Positions 28,908 through 39,507 of a DNA stretch of 64,000 nt are shown in pieces; within the stretch, counting starts at the first letter, position 1, and each line of letters starts with the position of its first letter. The translations under genes and the position numbers were made by a program. The stretch lies in contig JACJVZ010000003.1 of the NCBI GenBank assembly GCA_020637445.1, forward strand, positions 210,150-274,149, given 5' to 3'. This DNA comes from Calditrichota bacterium. GTDB taxonomy: Bacteria > Electryoneota > RPQS01. Below the pieces are notes generated by a model. That model was given only the letters and a program-made list of their open reading frames with translations. It made no database searches and was not told where the DNA came from.

Positions 28908-30593
28908 ATGACGCACAGACGATTGTACCTCTTGCTGATTTCGATATTGCTTCCGCTGACGGTGTTTGCCGGAGCGCGCAACATGTCGGCGGACGAGCTC
29001 TACGCGAAGATTCATCACAACATGGGGCTGTTCGGCGATATTTACCGCGAGATCAGCTTGCGCTACGTGGATCAGATCGATCCGGATGAGTTCGTGCAAG
29101 CGGGAATCGACGGCATGCTCGAGACTCTCGATCCGTACACGGTATATATTCCCGAGGAAGACACCGATGACATCGATGTGATCACGTACGGCAAGTACGG
29201 CGGCGTAGGCATCGAGATCGGTGTTCGTGGTGAAGATAAGGTGTTGACGGTGATCAGCGCAATGGATGATTCTCCCGCTCAGCGCGTGGGCATGCGCAGC
29301 GGCGACCGTGTGATCGAAGTAGACGGTCAGTCGATGATCGGCAAGTCGACTCGCGACGCGTCGCGGCTTTTGCGCGGCGAACCGGACACGCATGTCATGA
29401 TCAAAGTCGAACGGCCGGGCGCGATCGAGCCCATTGAATTCGATTTAAGCCGCCAAGTCATCAATGTAAAGGACGTTGCCTACAGCGGGTTCGTGGAGCC
29501 CGGAATTGGCTATATCAAACTGGCGCATTTTTCGACGCGCGCACAAAGCGAGCTCGACGAAGCGCTGCTTGACTTGCAAAGCAAGGGAATGCACTCTTTG
29601 ATTTTGGATCTGCGCGGAAATCCGGGCGGGTTGATGAGCGCGGCAGTCGGCGTGCTGCAGAAGTTTATGGACAAAGGTGAAGTCGTGGTTTCCACGAAAG
29701 GACGCGCGCCGGATGCGAACCGCACGTTCAAACTCGCGAGCGATCCGATAGCCAAAGACGTGCCGCTGGCGGTGTTAATAGACGGAGGGTCGGCGTCTGC
29801 ATCGGAAATTGTCGCCGGTGCGATTCAGGACCTCGACAGGGGAGTTTTGATCGGCGAACCGACTTTTGGCAAAGGGCTTGTGCAGTCGGTGATTTCATTT
29901 GAGACGGGCGAAGCTCTGAAATTGACGACCGCGAAGTATTTCACGCCGTCGGGCCGGTTGATTCAGAAGGTCGATTATTTTGGCGACGACACGACTTTTG
30001 TGATTTCACCGATTGAAGAATCGACGGACACGGCATTCACGACGCGCAACGGACGCAAAGTCGAAGGCGGAGGCGGAATAGAGCCTGACATAATGGTCGA
30101 AACTCCTCAGCCGGGACAGTTGGGCGTGGAACTCTGGCGCAAAGGGACGTTTTTCGATTTTGTGACGCAGTTCATCGCAGAAAACCCCGGCGTTACCGAC
30201 GCGAAAGTCAGCGAGCAGATGATCGATCAGTTCCGCGATTGGCTCGTAGAGAATGACTTCAATTATTCCGTGGACGGCGAGAAGGAACTTGAAACGCTGC
30301 GTGAGATTCTCACCACCTTCAATTTGGAGAACGACGCGGAAGCGGACTTTGCGCACCTTGAGCACTATTTGGAGCTTGTGCGAGACCGGGATTTCGACGA
30401 AGAGCGGCCGTTCATCAAGAACAGTTTGCAGACCGAGCTTGGAAATTCATTGTACGGCAGCACGGGCCGAATCGAAGCGAGTTTTGACAGCGATCCGCAG
30501 ATTTTGCAAGCGGTCGAGGTCTTGAACAACAACAGCGAATACGGAAAACTGCTTGCTGTGACAACGGACAGTTCGCAAACGAAAGGCGAATAG
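28908..30593 (+). CDS. Carboxyl-terminal processing protease (peptidase S41) with PDZ domain
   Basis: 561 aa; signal peptide; PDZ (GMRSGDRVIEVDG); S41 core GGSASASEIVAGA. Confidence 0.9.
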   Translation: MTHRRLYLLLISILLPLTVFAGARNMSADELYAKIHHNMGLFGDIYREISLRYVDQIDPDEFVQAGIDGMLETLDPYTVYIPEEDTDDIDVITYGKYGGVGIEIGVRGEDKVLTVISAMDDSPAQRVGMRSGDRVIEVDGQSMIGKSTRDASRLLRGEPDTHVMIKVERPGAIEPIEFDLSRQVINVKDVAYSGFVEPGIGYIKLAHFSTRAQSELDEALLDLQSKGMHSLILDLRGNPGGLMSAAVGVLQKFMDKGEVVVSTKGRAPDANRTFKLASDPIAKDVPLAVLIDGGSASASEIVAGAIQDLDRGVLIGEPTFGKGLVQSVISFETGEALKLTTAKYFTPSGRLIQKVDYFGDDTTFVISPIEESTDTAFTTRNGRKVEGGGGIEPDIMVETPQPGQLGVELWRKGTFFDFVTQFIAENPGVTDAKVSEQMIDQFRDWLVENDFNYSVDGEKELETLREILTTFNLENDAEADFAHLEHYLELVRDRDFDEERPFIKNSLQTELGNSLYGSTGRIEASFDSDPQILQAVEVLNNNSEYGKLLAVTTDSSQTKGE

Positions 30594-30648
30594 CAACCTA
30601 CAGTTGCCGCACTTTCAGCCAGCACATTAGACTCGGAGACACGTCATC

Positions 30649-31005
30649 ATGATCGTGGCCTACTTAATCCTCGGACTTGCCGCGGGAGTTCTCAGCGGGC
30701 TTGTGGGAATCGGCGGAGGAATTTTAATTGTGCCCGCGTTGGTTTTCATTTTTGGCCTGACGCAGCAACAGGCGCAGGGCACGACGCTGGCACTGATGGT
30801 TCCTCCAATCGGTATTTTGGCGGCGTGGACATACTATAAACAGGGATTCGTCGATCTTAAGATCGCGGGATTAATATGCGCGGGATTCGTGTTGGGCGGC
30901 CTGCTCGGCGCGAGATTCGCAGTCGGCATGACCAGCGCGACGCTGCAGAAAGTCTTTGCGGTTTTTCTCATCATCGTCGGCGTCAAGATGCTGTTTGGCA
31001 AGTAG
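30649..31005 (+). CDS. TSUP/TauE-SafE-like small membrane protein (DUF81 half-unit)
   Basis: 118 aa, four predicted TM helices, GIGGGIL motif. Confidence 0.55.
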   Translation: MIVAYLILGLAAGVLSGLVGIGGGILIVPALVFIFGLTQQQAQGTTLALMVPPIGILAAWTYYKQGFVDLKIAGLICAGFVLGGLLGARFAVGMTSATLQKVFAVFLIIVGVKMLFGK

Positions 31006-31063
31006 TCCGTTCCGTTTCGCAAGTCTCTCCTTTTAGCTTCTATTCACATCTTCGCTTTTCCTC

Positions 31064-31927
31064 ATGCAAACTCTCGACTTGAAACTTTTGGGTCGCGGCA
31101 AGGTCCGTGACATTTACGAATACGATGATCGTCATTTGGTGTTCGTGACTTCTAATCGCGTGTCCGCCTTCGACGTGGTCCTCCCTACTCCGATTCCGAA
31201 CAAAGGATCGACCTTGAATTTGCTGACGCGTTTTTGGATGGGCAAGTTCGCGCCGTTGTGCGGGAACCACATCGCCGCCGGAGATTACGCTGGTTTTATA
31301 AAGGAGTTCGCGGCGAGTTTGCCCGCGACGGATGCCGGTCAAGTGGAAGTCGTAAAACGCGCGGAGATGCTGCAGGTTGAGTGTGTGGTGCGCGGATTCA
31401 TCACAGGGTCAGGTTGGAAGGACTACAGAAAGACGGGCGCAGTGTGCGGGCACAAACTTCCCGACGGATTAGAACACTGCGCACAATTTCCGGAGCCGTT
31501 GTTTACACCCGCGACGAAGGCGGCATCGGGCCACGACGAAAATATCGACTTCAATCAGATGTGCAGCATCGTGGGCAAAGAGATGGGAACAAAGCTCCGC
31601 GATTTGTCGCTGGAAATTTACTCGAAGGGACGGGACTACGCTCGCGAACGGGGGATTTTGATAGCGGACACAAAATTCGAATTCGGGATGATTGACGGCG
31701 AGCTGTGTTTGTGCGACGAAGTGCTGACGCCGGACAGTTCGCGCTTTTGGCCTGCCGACGAATACGAACCCGGACGCGATCAACGCAGCTTCGACAAGCA
31801 GATTGTTCGCAACTATCTTGAGACGCTCGGTTGGGACAAGTCACCTCCGGGACCGGAACTTCCGCAGGAAATCGTGCAAAAGACCGCGGCAGCCTACAAA
31901 GAAATCACGGACAAGCTGATGGCATAG
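31064..31927 (+). CDS. purC: Phosphoribosylaminoimidazole-succinocarboxamide synthase (SAICAR synthetase)
   Basis: GKVRDIYEYDD...HLVFVTSNRVSAFD and ILIADTKFEFG motifs. Confidence 0.9.
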   Translation: MQTLDLKLLGRGKVRDIYEYDDRHLVFVTSNRVSAFDVVLPTPIPNKGSTLNLLTRFWMGKFAPLCGNHIAAGDYAGFIKEFAASLPATDAGQVEVVKRAEMLQVECVVRGFITGSGWKDYRKTGAVCGHKLPDGLEHCAQFPEPLFTPATKAASGHDENIDFNQMCSIVGKEMGTKLRDLSLEIYSKGRDYARERGILIADTKFEFGMIDGELCLCDEVLTPDSSRFWPADEYEPGRDQRSFDKQIVRNYLETLGWDKSPPGPELPQEIVQKTAAAYKEITDKLMA

Positions 31928-31946
31928 CGCTGAGCGAAAATTTAGA

Positions 31947-31980
31947 CAAAAAAACCCGCGGATATCGCGGGTTTTTTGTT
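31947..31980. terminator. Bidirectional intrinsic terminator between purC and the convergent methyltransferase gene
   Basis: A7, stem acccgcg / cgcgggt with loop gatat, then T6. Confidence 0.8.
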
Positions 31981-31997
31981 TTGGAACTTATAGCAAA

Positions 31998-32678
31998 CTA
32001 CGGCTTGACACACTTCACGGCAAGCAACTCGATCTCGTCATTGCGGGGCGGGAAGTCCGGAAAACGCGCAAGCAGATCCTCTTCGTTGACGCGCGTGACT
32101 GAAGTAAACCCGGCTTTCTCGAGTGCCCATTTCAGCAATTCAAAATCGAACAGGTTTTTGTGCTCACCGCGCTGGTGAAACATTCTATTGAGAACAAACC
32201 GTTCCGGCGCACCCTCCGGCAGGGATAACGGATCACGCCACATGACGTATTCGTGGAGTTTTTTGCCTCCCGTCTCGACGTAGTCCCGGCACAACTTCTC
32301 CATGTCCGGCGTCGACACCCAAAACTCTCCGCCCGGTTTCAACACGCGGAAAATTTCCGACAAGACGGGAAAGACCTCGTCTTCCACGTCGAGATGTTCG
32401 ACGACGTGCTGGCTTACAACGGACTCGAACGACTCGGACGTAAACGGGAAGGGTCGAATTGCCAAGTCGATGTTGACGTCCGCACCGGACAAATCGACAT
32501 TCACCCAACCGGGCAATTTTCTGGTCCCGCAGCCGAGATGCAGGCGCGAATGAGCAGGAACGCGTTGCTTCCGCGGACCAAAGAGTTTTGGCCGCAGTTT
32601 GAACAGCTCAAACTGAAGAATGCGCCGTGTCCTGAACGAAAACAAGTAGCGGGCAATAGCCCGAAGAGGTCGAATCAT
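31998..32678 (-). CDS. Class I SAM-dependent methyltransferase
   Basis: LHLGCGTRKLPGWVNVD motif I and VLKPGGEFWVSTPD motif. Confidence 0.75.
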   Translation of the reverse strand: MIRPLRAIARYLFSFRTRRILQFELFKLRPKLFGPRKQRVPAHSRLHLGCGTRKLPGWVNVDLSGADVNIDLAIRPFPFTSESFESVVSQHVVEHLDVEDEVFPVLSEIFRVLKPGGEFWVSTPDMEKLCRDYVETGGKKLHEYVMWRDPLSLPEGAPERFVLNRMFHQRGEHKNLFDFELLKWALEKAGFTSVTRVNEEDLLARFPDFPPRNDEIELLAVKCVKP

Positions 32679-32731
32679 CTGCGCACCGGAGACTTGCTAA
32701 TATCGCAAGATACGGAATCGCAAGTCGATAC

Positions 32732-34606
32732 TCAAGCGGCGGCTGCGCGGCAGTGCTGGTTGATAACACGCAGGAGCCGTTCACCGAAGGCTCGCGACTT
32801 GCGTTCGCCGATACCGGGGATTTGCACGAATTGAGCGAGCGAACGAGGTTTGTGACGCGCCAGATCGCGCAGGACAGAGTCGTGCAGCACGACATACGCG
32901 GGCACGTTTTGCTCGATTGCAATGTTCATGCGTTCGGACCGCAAGAGCGCGAACAGCTCTTTGTCCACGTCGTTCCAGTCGACTTCCGCGCGTGCAGAGG
33001 AGCCCATCATCGGCAGCTTGGGTCCGGCTTTGGGATCAACGGATAAGTTAGGCGTCACGCTGCCGCGAATAACCTCGTGTCCTGCTTCCGTGACCGACAA
33101 CGTGTTGAACTCGGGATCGGGATGCAGGAAATGCTGCTCGACCAATTGCCGCACAAAACTATTGATAACCGGAATTGTGTAGGATGACAATAGACCGTAG
33201 GTCGAGAGTTTGTCGTGACTATACAGCAATACGGTTTTGTCGGATGACCCCTTTAGGACAAGCGAGACGTGAGACTGCCCGAAGCGTTCTTTTAGCCGCA
33301 GCACACAACAGAGAATCATTTGCGACATTTGGAGAGCGTCCGCGATCTTGGGAGCCGCGGACAGAACGGCGACCTTGCTTTCGCAGACGTCGCATGCCCC
33401 GCATTTCGCTTGCTCGTAATCTTGATCGAAGTAGCGAACCAGCAGCCTGTGCCGGCAGGACTTGGCATGTGCGTAGTCGAGCATTTGCTCAAGTTTGTCC
33501 GACGCGATCTTGCGCTCGCTTTCGGGGAGTTCGGTCAGGAATCTCTTTTGCTGAACGAGATCACCGACGGAATAAAGCAGCACGCAATCGGCGACCAGTC
33601 CGTCGCGGCCGGCGCGTCCGGATTCCTGCTGATAGTTTTCGAGCGATTTCGGCAATGCGGAGTGAATCACGAAGCGGACATTCGACTTATCTATTCCCAT
33701 GCCGAAGGCGACTGTGGCAACGATAATGTCGCATTCGTCACGCAGAAACGCCTCCTGGGTCACGCGGCGCTGTTCGTTTTCCATTCCCGCATGGTAAGCA
33801 CGTGCTTTGAAGCCCGCTCGCACGAGTTTTTCGGCAAGTTTTTCCGTGGCCGACCGCGAGATGCAATAGATGATACCGGACTCGCCTTTGTGCGCATTTA
33901 GGACAGACAAGACCTGAGTGAGCAGGTCGCCGCGCTGCACGGCGGTGTACACAAGATTAGGTCTATCGAAACTGCCAATAAGGACTTCGGGCTTATGGAG
34001 TTTCAGTTGAGTCGAAATGTCTTCTCGGACACGCCGCGTGGCAGTAGCGGTTAGAGCAATCGTCGGGACGTCCGGAAAGCGCTGCTTTAAGACAGAAAGT
34101 TGACGGTACTCGGGCCGGAAGTCGTGTCCCCATTGGCTGATGCAATGCGCTTCATCCACGGCGAAGAGCGAAATCTCCAGCGATTCGAGGAATTTCAACG
34201 TGCCGTCGGCGGCGATACGCTCGGGCGACATATAGAGAATTTTGATTTGTCCGTAGCGGACTTGCCGCATGGCTGTGCGATTCTCTTCAGAAGTGGCCAT
34301 GCTTGACAGGCATACGGCGGGGATACCCTGAGCTTTGCAGGCGTCCACCTGGTCTTTCATCAAGGCAAGGAGCGGTGAGATGACCACGGCGGTGCCGGGC
34401 AAAGCGAGCGCCGGAAGCTGGTAGCAAAGTGACTTGCCGCCGCCTGTGGGAAGAACAAGTACGACATCTTTGCGGCCTGTCAGGGAAGTGATGGCCTCGT
34501 GCTGATACGGTCTAAATTGCTCAAAGCCCCAGTACTTCTTGAGAAGTGTTTCATGAAGTCCCACAGGTTGCCTCAGAGTTCGATGAACAGATGTGCATTT
34601 GAACAA
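32732..34606 (-). CDS. recQ: ATP-dependent DNA helicase RecQ
   Basis: FRPYQHEAI, Walker [19 protein letters not shown] box ([18 protein letters not shown]), C-terminal RQC/HRDC region. Confidence 0.9.
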   Translation of the reverse strand: MFKCTSVHRTLRQPVGLHETLLKKYWGFEQFRPYQHEAITSLTGRKDVVLVLPTGGGKSLCYQLPALALPGTAVVISPLLALMKDQVDACKAQGIPAVCLSSMATSEENRTAMRQVRYGQIKILYMSPERIAADGTLKFLESLEISLFAVDEAHCISQWGHDFRPEYRQLSVLKQRFPDVPTIALTATATRRVREDISTQLKLHKPEVLIGSFDRPNLVYTAVQRGDLLTQVLSVLNAHKGESGIIYCISRSATEKLAEKLVRAGFKARAYHAGMENEQRRVTQEAFLRDECDIIVATVAFGMGIDKSNVRFVIHSALPKSLENYQQESGRAGRDGLVADCVLLYSVGDLVQQKRFLTELPESERKIASDKLEQMLDYAHAKSCRHRLLVRYFDQDYEQAKCGACDVCESKVAVLSAAPKIADALQMSQMILCCVLRLKERFGQSHVSLVLKGSSDKTVLLYSHDKLSTYGLLSSYTIPVINSFVRQLVEQHFLHPDPEFNTLSVTEAGHEVIRGSVTPNLSVDPKAGPKLPMMGSSARAEVDWNDVDKELFALLRSERMNIAIEQNVPAYVVLHDSVLRDLARHKPRSLAQFVQIPGIGERKSRAFGERLLRVINQHCRAAAA

Positions 34607-34933
34607 ATGTAATATCTTCGAGTATCAGAGTCAATCACATTTTCGAATTTTTAATATTTTGATATTTAATAGTTTGTGGCAATAGTCTTGTAAGCCCGCG
34701 AGTCTTTAGGCTTTCGGGTACACCTCTTTGTTTGTGATCCAAAGGGATCGTGCTGCAGTATCTACAGATTATTTTCGCATTCCTAATAAGAGGCAACGAG
34801 AGCGTGTGTGGAAACCGTGGATAAGAAAATGACTTATTGCAGTTTCAATCGTTGAATTGAATCGATAGAAATCTTGACCAAATGCGTTTTGGAGGCTATC
34901 TTATTATCCTATAACTTTGTGAAAGGCTCAAGT

Positions 34934-37900
34934 ATGGCTGCTTTGACTCGGTTTGACTGCCTTTCTTATTGCTCCAAAATTGGAGCGATTGGATCTATTT
35001 TCATTATTGTTTTGATGCTTGGTGTCTTGCCATCCCTTGCATTTGGTGCAGACGGCCAGCAATCCGAGCAGCTTTCACCTTTGCATGAGGACTATGTTCC
35101 TCCCTCCCCCGCCGAGGACGTGCGCATAGAAATAATCGGCGATGCGCGGACGTTCGCCGTCAACAATCCCTTCAGTCGTGATTTCTTACGCAGATCGGGG
35201 TTGATGGCAAAAGGAAGCACGTGCGGTCAAGGCAACAACTGCGCACTGCGCCCGAGTGAAGATGTCGTGTTGTCCGTGTTTATTCCGACCAGTAGAAACT
35301 GGTCGTTTTCGCTCTGCGGCTCGTCGTTTGACACGTACATGGCAATCGGCACGACTCCTTGTTCCGCCAATTTGGGATTCAACGATGATTTTTGCGGCCG
35401 GCAGTCCCAGTCAGAGTGTATCTATCTGGACGTCGGCGTAGTCTATGTGACCATTGAGTCGGGATCCGGCGGATGCGGCACATACAAATTGATAGTCGAT
35501 ACGTGTTCGGCGGGCCGCTGCTGCTACATGGATTCAAATAACGAGCCGGCATGCACAAACTCGGGATATACCGAGTGTGCCGCAGTAAGCGGCGAATGGG
35601 ATGCGTCGACGAGGTGCGAAACGGATCCTTGTCCCTTGGGCCGTTGCTGCTACGAGATCGACGGAGTGCCGAATTGCATGGACGGGCTGTTGGAAAAAGA
35701 GTGTTTGTTCAACCTTCAAGGCACATGGACGGAAGGCGTCACGTGCAGCCAGGAGATATGTCCTGAGATGGTGGACACCCTTACTTGCGGTCCGCTGGAC
35801 TTGGTGCTGGCCATTGATGTTTCGGGTTCAATGATAGAGGAACTTTCTACTGTTCAATCGGAAGCCCAAGAAATTTTGACTCGTGCTGTTGAAGTGTCCC
35901 GCGAAGATCTGCGAGTAGGTCTGGTAACTTTTCGCGAATTCGTCAGCGTACCTTCATCCCTGACGAACGATATCGGATCTGTGTCTTCCGCCATTGGCCA
36001 GCTTTTCGCTTATTGGGGCGGCGATCCCGGAGAAGCGTCTGACGAAGCCCTGCGCGAGATTATCACGATGGACGGTTCTTGCACACATGGTCCGGGATTC
36101 GACACGCCTTTCAGAGCGGGCGCGGACAAAGTGATCATCATCATGACGGACGAGATCAATAGCGGGTGCTCGGGAATATTCAGGCCGCAGTATGCTCATC
36201 AACGCGCATTGGACGCTCAAGCCGCGGATATCAGGATTTCCTCTATCTATATTCGAGGAGAATTGAACGAACGGAATATATCCGATGTATTGCGAGACTA
36301 CGCCGAGACGACGGGCGGCCTCTATGTGGTATCGCGCGCAGGAGAAAACATCTCTGAAAATATCGAGTACATTTTGGATCGCTGCGGTCGGTCGACGCTT
36401 GCTTTGGCCGGTGATTCGATACCCAATGTGCCGTGCGTAAACTCCACCGACTTTCCAAACCAAGTAGAGTTGAAGATCAGAGTAAGGAATGTAACAAACG
36501 AACCGATCGGTGGAGGCACGGTTCATTTGTTTTCTGACGCAGGTCCCGGAGGAACAGGTCTTGTAATCTCTCCAAATCCCGTGTCACTGGGGTACGTACT
36601 TCCTCACGACACCGTCGAAGTAGGATTCACGGTAGTCCTCGCGGCCAATCCTTCCGGGGGATGCATCAATTTTCGCGCTGTACTGACTCAAGACACTATT
36701 GAACTCGGAACGGATTCGATATGCATAAACGTTCCAAATGGGGGACTTGAATTTGGGAATCACTGGTTTCCCGCGGTACACTGCGACGGATACGGGGTTG
36801 CACCCACCAGTTTCACGGCCACGTTTGATGTGGTCAACAACTCGCTTTGCGAAGTGGATGACGCCCAAGTATCATTGGAAATTTTGAGCGGAAGCGGCGG
36901 TCAAGGCACGGTAGTTTCAGCAAATCCCGTGCAGTTGGGACACGTTCCTTACGGCCGGACCGTTACCGTACCATTTGACGTACAGATTCAACCGTTGCCT
37001 CCGGGAGGGTGTATCTACTTTCGAGCCATGCTGCACTTCGGTGATGAACCATACCAAGTGCAAGAGTCGTGTTTGAATATCCCTTCCTATGAGCTTACGC
37101 TGCTGGCAATTTCTGACTATGCCGTCAGCTGTGTAGATGGCGAAATAGTGCCTTTGTCTATGAATTTGGTTGTCGCGGCACGGAACTCATCCTCATGTCC
37201 TGCACACGGAGTACAGATATGGATGGGACCCGGCAATGGGTCCGCAGGTACCGGAACGGTCGTGACGCAGAATCCGGTTGTGATCGGCACCATGAATCTC
37301 CTCTCCACACGAGGTGCGAACTTTGGTGTTGAAATCAATCCGAATTCCACAGGCGGAATCATTTCTTTCCCCGTGAAATTGATTGTGGGTACAGACACGG
37401 TTGCCACGAGCAATGCAAACATCATTGTTCCACCTTGCGGCTGCGAGTCGACAACTGCCGTTGTGATGTCATCCAAGAGCGAGAGCTTGGGATGCACTTG
37501 TGTGCAAATGTGTGATACCGCACCAATTCCCATCACAATCTGCGGGGACGGCTACGAAACGCCAAGCCCGCCAGTTATCAGTTTTCAAGACTGTTTCGGT
37601 GACTGCGTGCAGGGCGAAGCTGCGGTTCCGGAATCACTGTGGATACACGAGAATGATTGCTGGACAAACTTCATCCATGTGGTCGTGACCGGATGCACCC
37701 AAGTATGCGCAGAGTTCCCCAGACATCTCGCCGCGGCGGATTTCAAGTTGATACGAGACTTCGACCGGATTTATGTTCGCTGGAACATGGTCTCAGAGAA
37801 GAACTTGAAACTGCTCGAAGTAGAACGCAACGGCCAAATGGTTGCTGTTGTCGACGCGACGAACGAAGTCGGTTCCGAGTACGAGTGGACGGACAGCAAC

Positions 37901-38275
37901 GTTCGTCCGGGAGCATCGTATGAGTACCGGTTATTTGCCACGGACCTTGAAGGGATGCGCGGCGAACTTGGGTTTGCAGTTGCGTCTCCGCTAGACGAAC
38001 CCTCTATCGTCAGTGGTTTCGCTTTGCTTCCAAACTATCCCAATCCGTTCAACGGCTCGACAACCATAGAATTCGATTTACCGGAAGCCTCTGACGTGCA
38101 GCTTGTGGTGTACGACATTTCCGGGCGTAAGGTGACAGAACTTGCGCATGGCTCATTTGCCTCGGGCCGTCATGCTGTAGTGTTTGGCGGAGAGGAATTG
38201 GCCTCCGGGCTCTACCTCTGCCATATGACAGCAGGGAAGTTCTCGACACGACAAAAGATGCTTTTGCTAAAGTAG
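34934..38275 (+). CDS. Giant secreted protein: PPC-like domain, Cys-rich CCY repeats, vWA domain, T9SS C-terminal sorting domain
   Basis: Start at MAALTRF... ahead of hydrophobic signal; vWA (LDLVLAIDVSGSM); two GRCCY Cys-rich repeats; CTD LPNYPNPFNGSTTIEF...GLYLCHM...KMLLLK. Confidence 0.8.
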   Translation: MAALTRFDCLSYCSKIGAIGSIFIIVLMLGVLPSLAFGADGQQSEQLSPLHEDYVPPSPAEDVRIEIIGDARTFAVNNPFSRDFLRRSGLMAKGSTCGQGNNCALRPSEDVVLSVFIPTSRNWSFSLCGSSFDTYMAIGTTPCSANLGFNDDFCGRQSQSECIYLDVGVVYVTIESGSGGCGTYKLIVDTCSAGRCCYMDSNNEPACTNSGYTECAAVSGEWDASTRCETDPCPLGRCCYEIDGVPNCMDGLLEKECLFNLQGTWTEGVTCSQEICPEMVDTLTCGPLDLVLAIDVSGSMIEELSTVQSEAQEILTRAVEVSREDLRVGLVTFREFVSVPSSLTNDIGSVSSAIGQLFAYWGGDPGEASDEALREIITMDGSCTHGPGFDTPFRAGADKVIIIMTDEINSGCSGIFRPQYAHQRALDAQAADIRISSIYIRGELNERNISDVLRDYAETTGGLYVVSRAGENISENIEYILDRCGRSTLALAGDSIPNVPCVNSTDFPNQVELKIRVRNVTNEPIGGGTVHLFSDAGPGGTGLVISPNPVSLGYVLPHDTVEVGFTVVLAANPSGGCINFRAVLTQDTIELGTDSICINVPNGGLEFGNHWFPAVHCDGYGVAPTSFTATFDVVNNSLCEVDDAQVSLEILSGSGGQGTVVSANPVQLGHVPYGRTVTVPFDVQIQPLPPGGCIYFRAMLHFGDEPYQVQESCLNIPSYELTLLAISDYAVSCVDGEIVPLSMNLVVAARNSSSCPAHGVQIWMGPGNGSAGTGTVVTQNPVVIGTMNLLSTRGANFGVEINPNSTGGIISFPVKLIVGTDTVATSNANIIVPPCGCESTTAVVMSSKSESLGCTCVQMCDTAPIPITICGDGYETPSPPVISFQDCFGDCVQGEAAVPESLWIHENDCWTNFIHVVVTGCTQVCAEFPRHLAAADFKLIRDFDRIYVRWNMVSEKNLKLLEVERNGQMVAVVDATNEVGSEYEWTDSNVRPGASYEYRLFATDLEGMRGELGFAVASPLDEPSIVSGFALLPNYPNPFNGSTTIEFDLPEASDVQLVVYDISGRKVTELAHGSFASGRHAVVFGGEELASGLYLCHMTAGKFSTRQKMLLLK

Positions 38276-38298
38276 TCCGCCCATGCCAACAAGAACAA

Positions 38299-38325
38299 AG
38301 CCCTCGGAATTTCCGAGGGCTTTTG
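38299..38325. terminator. Bidirectional intrinsic terminator between the vWA/T9SS gene and the convergent metallophosphoesterase gene
   Basis: Stem agccctcgg / ccgagggct with loop aattt, flanked by A-rich and T-rich runs. Confidence 0.75.
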
Positions 38326-38347
38326 CTGTAAGGCGAGTCGGCAAGTA

Positions 38348-39145
38348 CTATGCGAGACTTGCAGCCGCCAATCTCGGATCAATCGTGGGAATCGGAAAAC
38401 TCAGAACCGGTTTAACCGTCGTAATGAAGTCCTCTACAAAAGTGGGCTTTTCGTAACCGGCTGGCTTGGCAATATCGAAACGGTTTTTGTCCCAGTTGAT
38501 CAGGACTCCTTCCTGCGCGGTGTCCATGAACGACCCGGTGTTGATGTAGGTTCGGCCGTTTTCCGTGCAGACTTCCTGATGATGCACGTGGCCGCAAACG
38601 ACGAAGCGGAAGTCCTGCTTCTCGGCATATTCGAGTGCGCGGGAGCGAACTCGCTTAATCACGTTCAGCCACGACTTGCTGGTGTACTTGACGTATTCGC
38701 TGAAGCGGTTGCTTCTCACGCAGCGCTGAATGTAGTAATAGGCGCGCGAGGCGATTTCCGTGGTGATGGGATACTTGCGAATGAAGTTGTCGAACTGGTG
38801 TCCGTGGAGAATCCCGATTTTTCCGTGCGGAGTTTCGATGTGTAATTCCAACAGATTCTCATTGAACAAAGGAAGAATCTCCGAGTCATGATTCCCCTTG
38901 ATCCAAATGACCTCTTTGCGACGCTTGTAGAGATCCCAGATAAGAGTCAAGACCTCACGGTGAGGTCTTCTTAGTCTGTGCAGGTTCGGATTGTCGTAGG
39001 TATCGCCGTTGATGACCAAGGTGTCGAATTCGGAATTTTCGAGAGTTTCGATGATACCTTCGGCATTGCAGTTGGGTGATCCCAAATGCAAGTCCGAGAT
39101 AACGAGGACTGAACCGTTTTCTCTTAGATTACGAAGACTTGTCAT
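38348..39145 (-). CDS. Metallophosphoesterase (calcineurin-like)
   Basis: Motifs VISDLHLG, INGDTYD, GNHD, GHQFD, CGHVHH. Confidence 0.8.
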   Translation of the reverse strand: MTSLRNLRENGSVLVISDLHLGSPNCNAEGIIETLENSEFDTLVINGDTYDNPNLHRLRRPHREVLTLIWDLYKRRKEVIWIKGNHDSEILPLFNENLLELHIETPHGKIGILHGHQFDNFIRKYPITTEIASRAYYYIQRCVRSNRFSEYVKYTSKSWLNVIKRVRSRALEYAEKQDFRFVVCGHVHHQEVCTENGRTYINTGSFMDTAQEGVLINWDKNRFDIAKPAGYEKPTFVEDFITTVKPVLSFPIPTIDPRLAAASLA

Positions 39146-39330
39146 AAACCTCCGCGATAGGTGCTTGAATATGAAGAGGGTCTTTACTTATAATGCCATG
39201 CAAATGAAATTAGTGAAGATACGTTAGGTTGGCATAGGGCAAACGGTTAGTTTTATATGATTGTGTGGACAACTTGAGGGGAGAAGTGGTTTGACCGTTT
39301 GCCTTTCCGGAAGACCGAGGGGAAATCGGA

Positions 39331-39379
39331 TAACAGAAACGCGCCTGTCCCCCCTCGGACAGGCGCGTTGTTCTTTATG
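39331..39379. terminator. Bidirectional intrinsic terminator candidate between hsp20 and the metallophosphoesterase gene
   Basis: 11-bp perfect stem cgcgcctgtcc/ggacaggcgcg (39340-39350 / 39357-39367), loop cccctc, T-rich on both transcript orientations. Confidence 0.55.
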
Positions 39380-39422
39380 TCAACCTCTCCCCCGCTGGGA
39401 TAGAGGATTGTTGTCTTGGGGC

Positions 39423-39442
39423 GGGCGGATTGCCATCCGCCC
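39423..39442 (-). other. GC-rich hairpin downstream of hsp20
   Basis: gggcggat-tgcc-atccgccc, perfect 8-bp stem with 4-nt loop. Confidence 0.5.
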
Positions 39443-39471
39443 CTACACAGATTCGCCAAGAGCACAGAGTG

Positions 39472-39499
39472 CGGGGCACCCGCAGCGGGTGCCGCCGCG
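39472..39499. repeat. Palindromic repeat family 1, copy 2 (downstream of hsp20)
   Basis: cggggcacccgcagcgggtgccgccgcg; 26/28 identical to copy 1, and the two differences (t->c, a->g) are base-pairing partners in the stem. Confidence 0.7.
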
Positions 39500-39507
39500 T
39501 TAGTGAG

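Noticed and set aside
39238-39303. Perfect 10-bp complementary segments (ggcaaacggt / accgtttgcc) separated by 46 nt
   Set aside because: A 10-mer complement within 100 nt is expected several times by chance in 64 kb; no second copy or covariation to support a structured RNA.
39253-39465. 70-aa minus-strand ORF between hsp20 and the metallophosphoesterase gene
   Set aside because: Spans three hairpin elements; the reading frame is an artefact of GC-rich palindromes.
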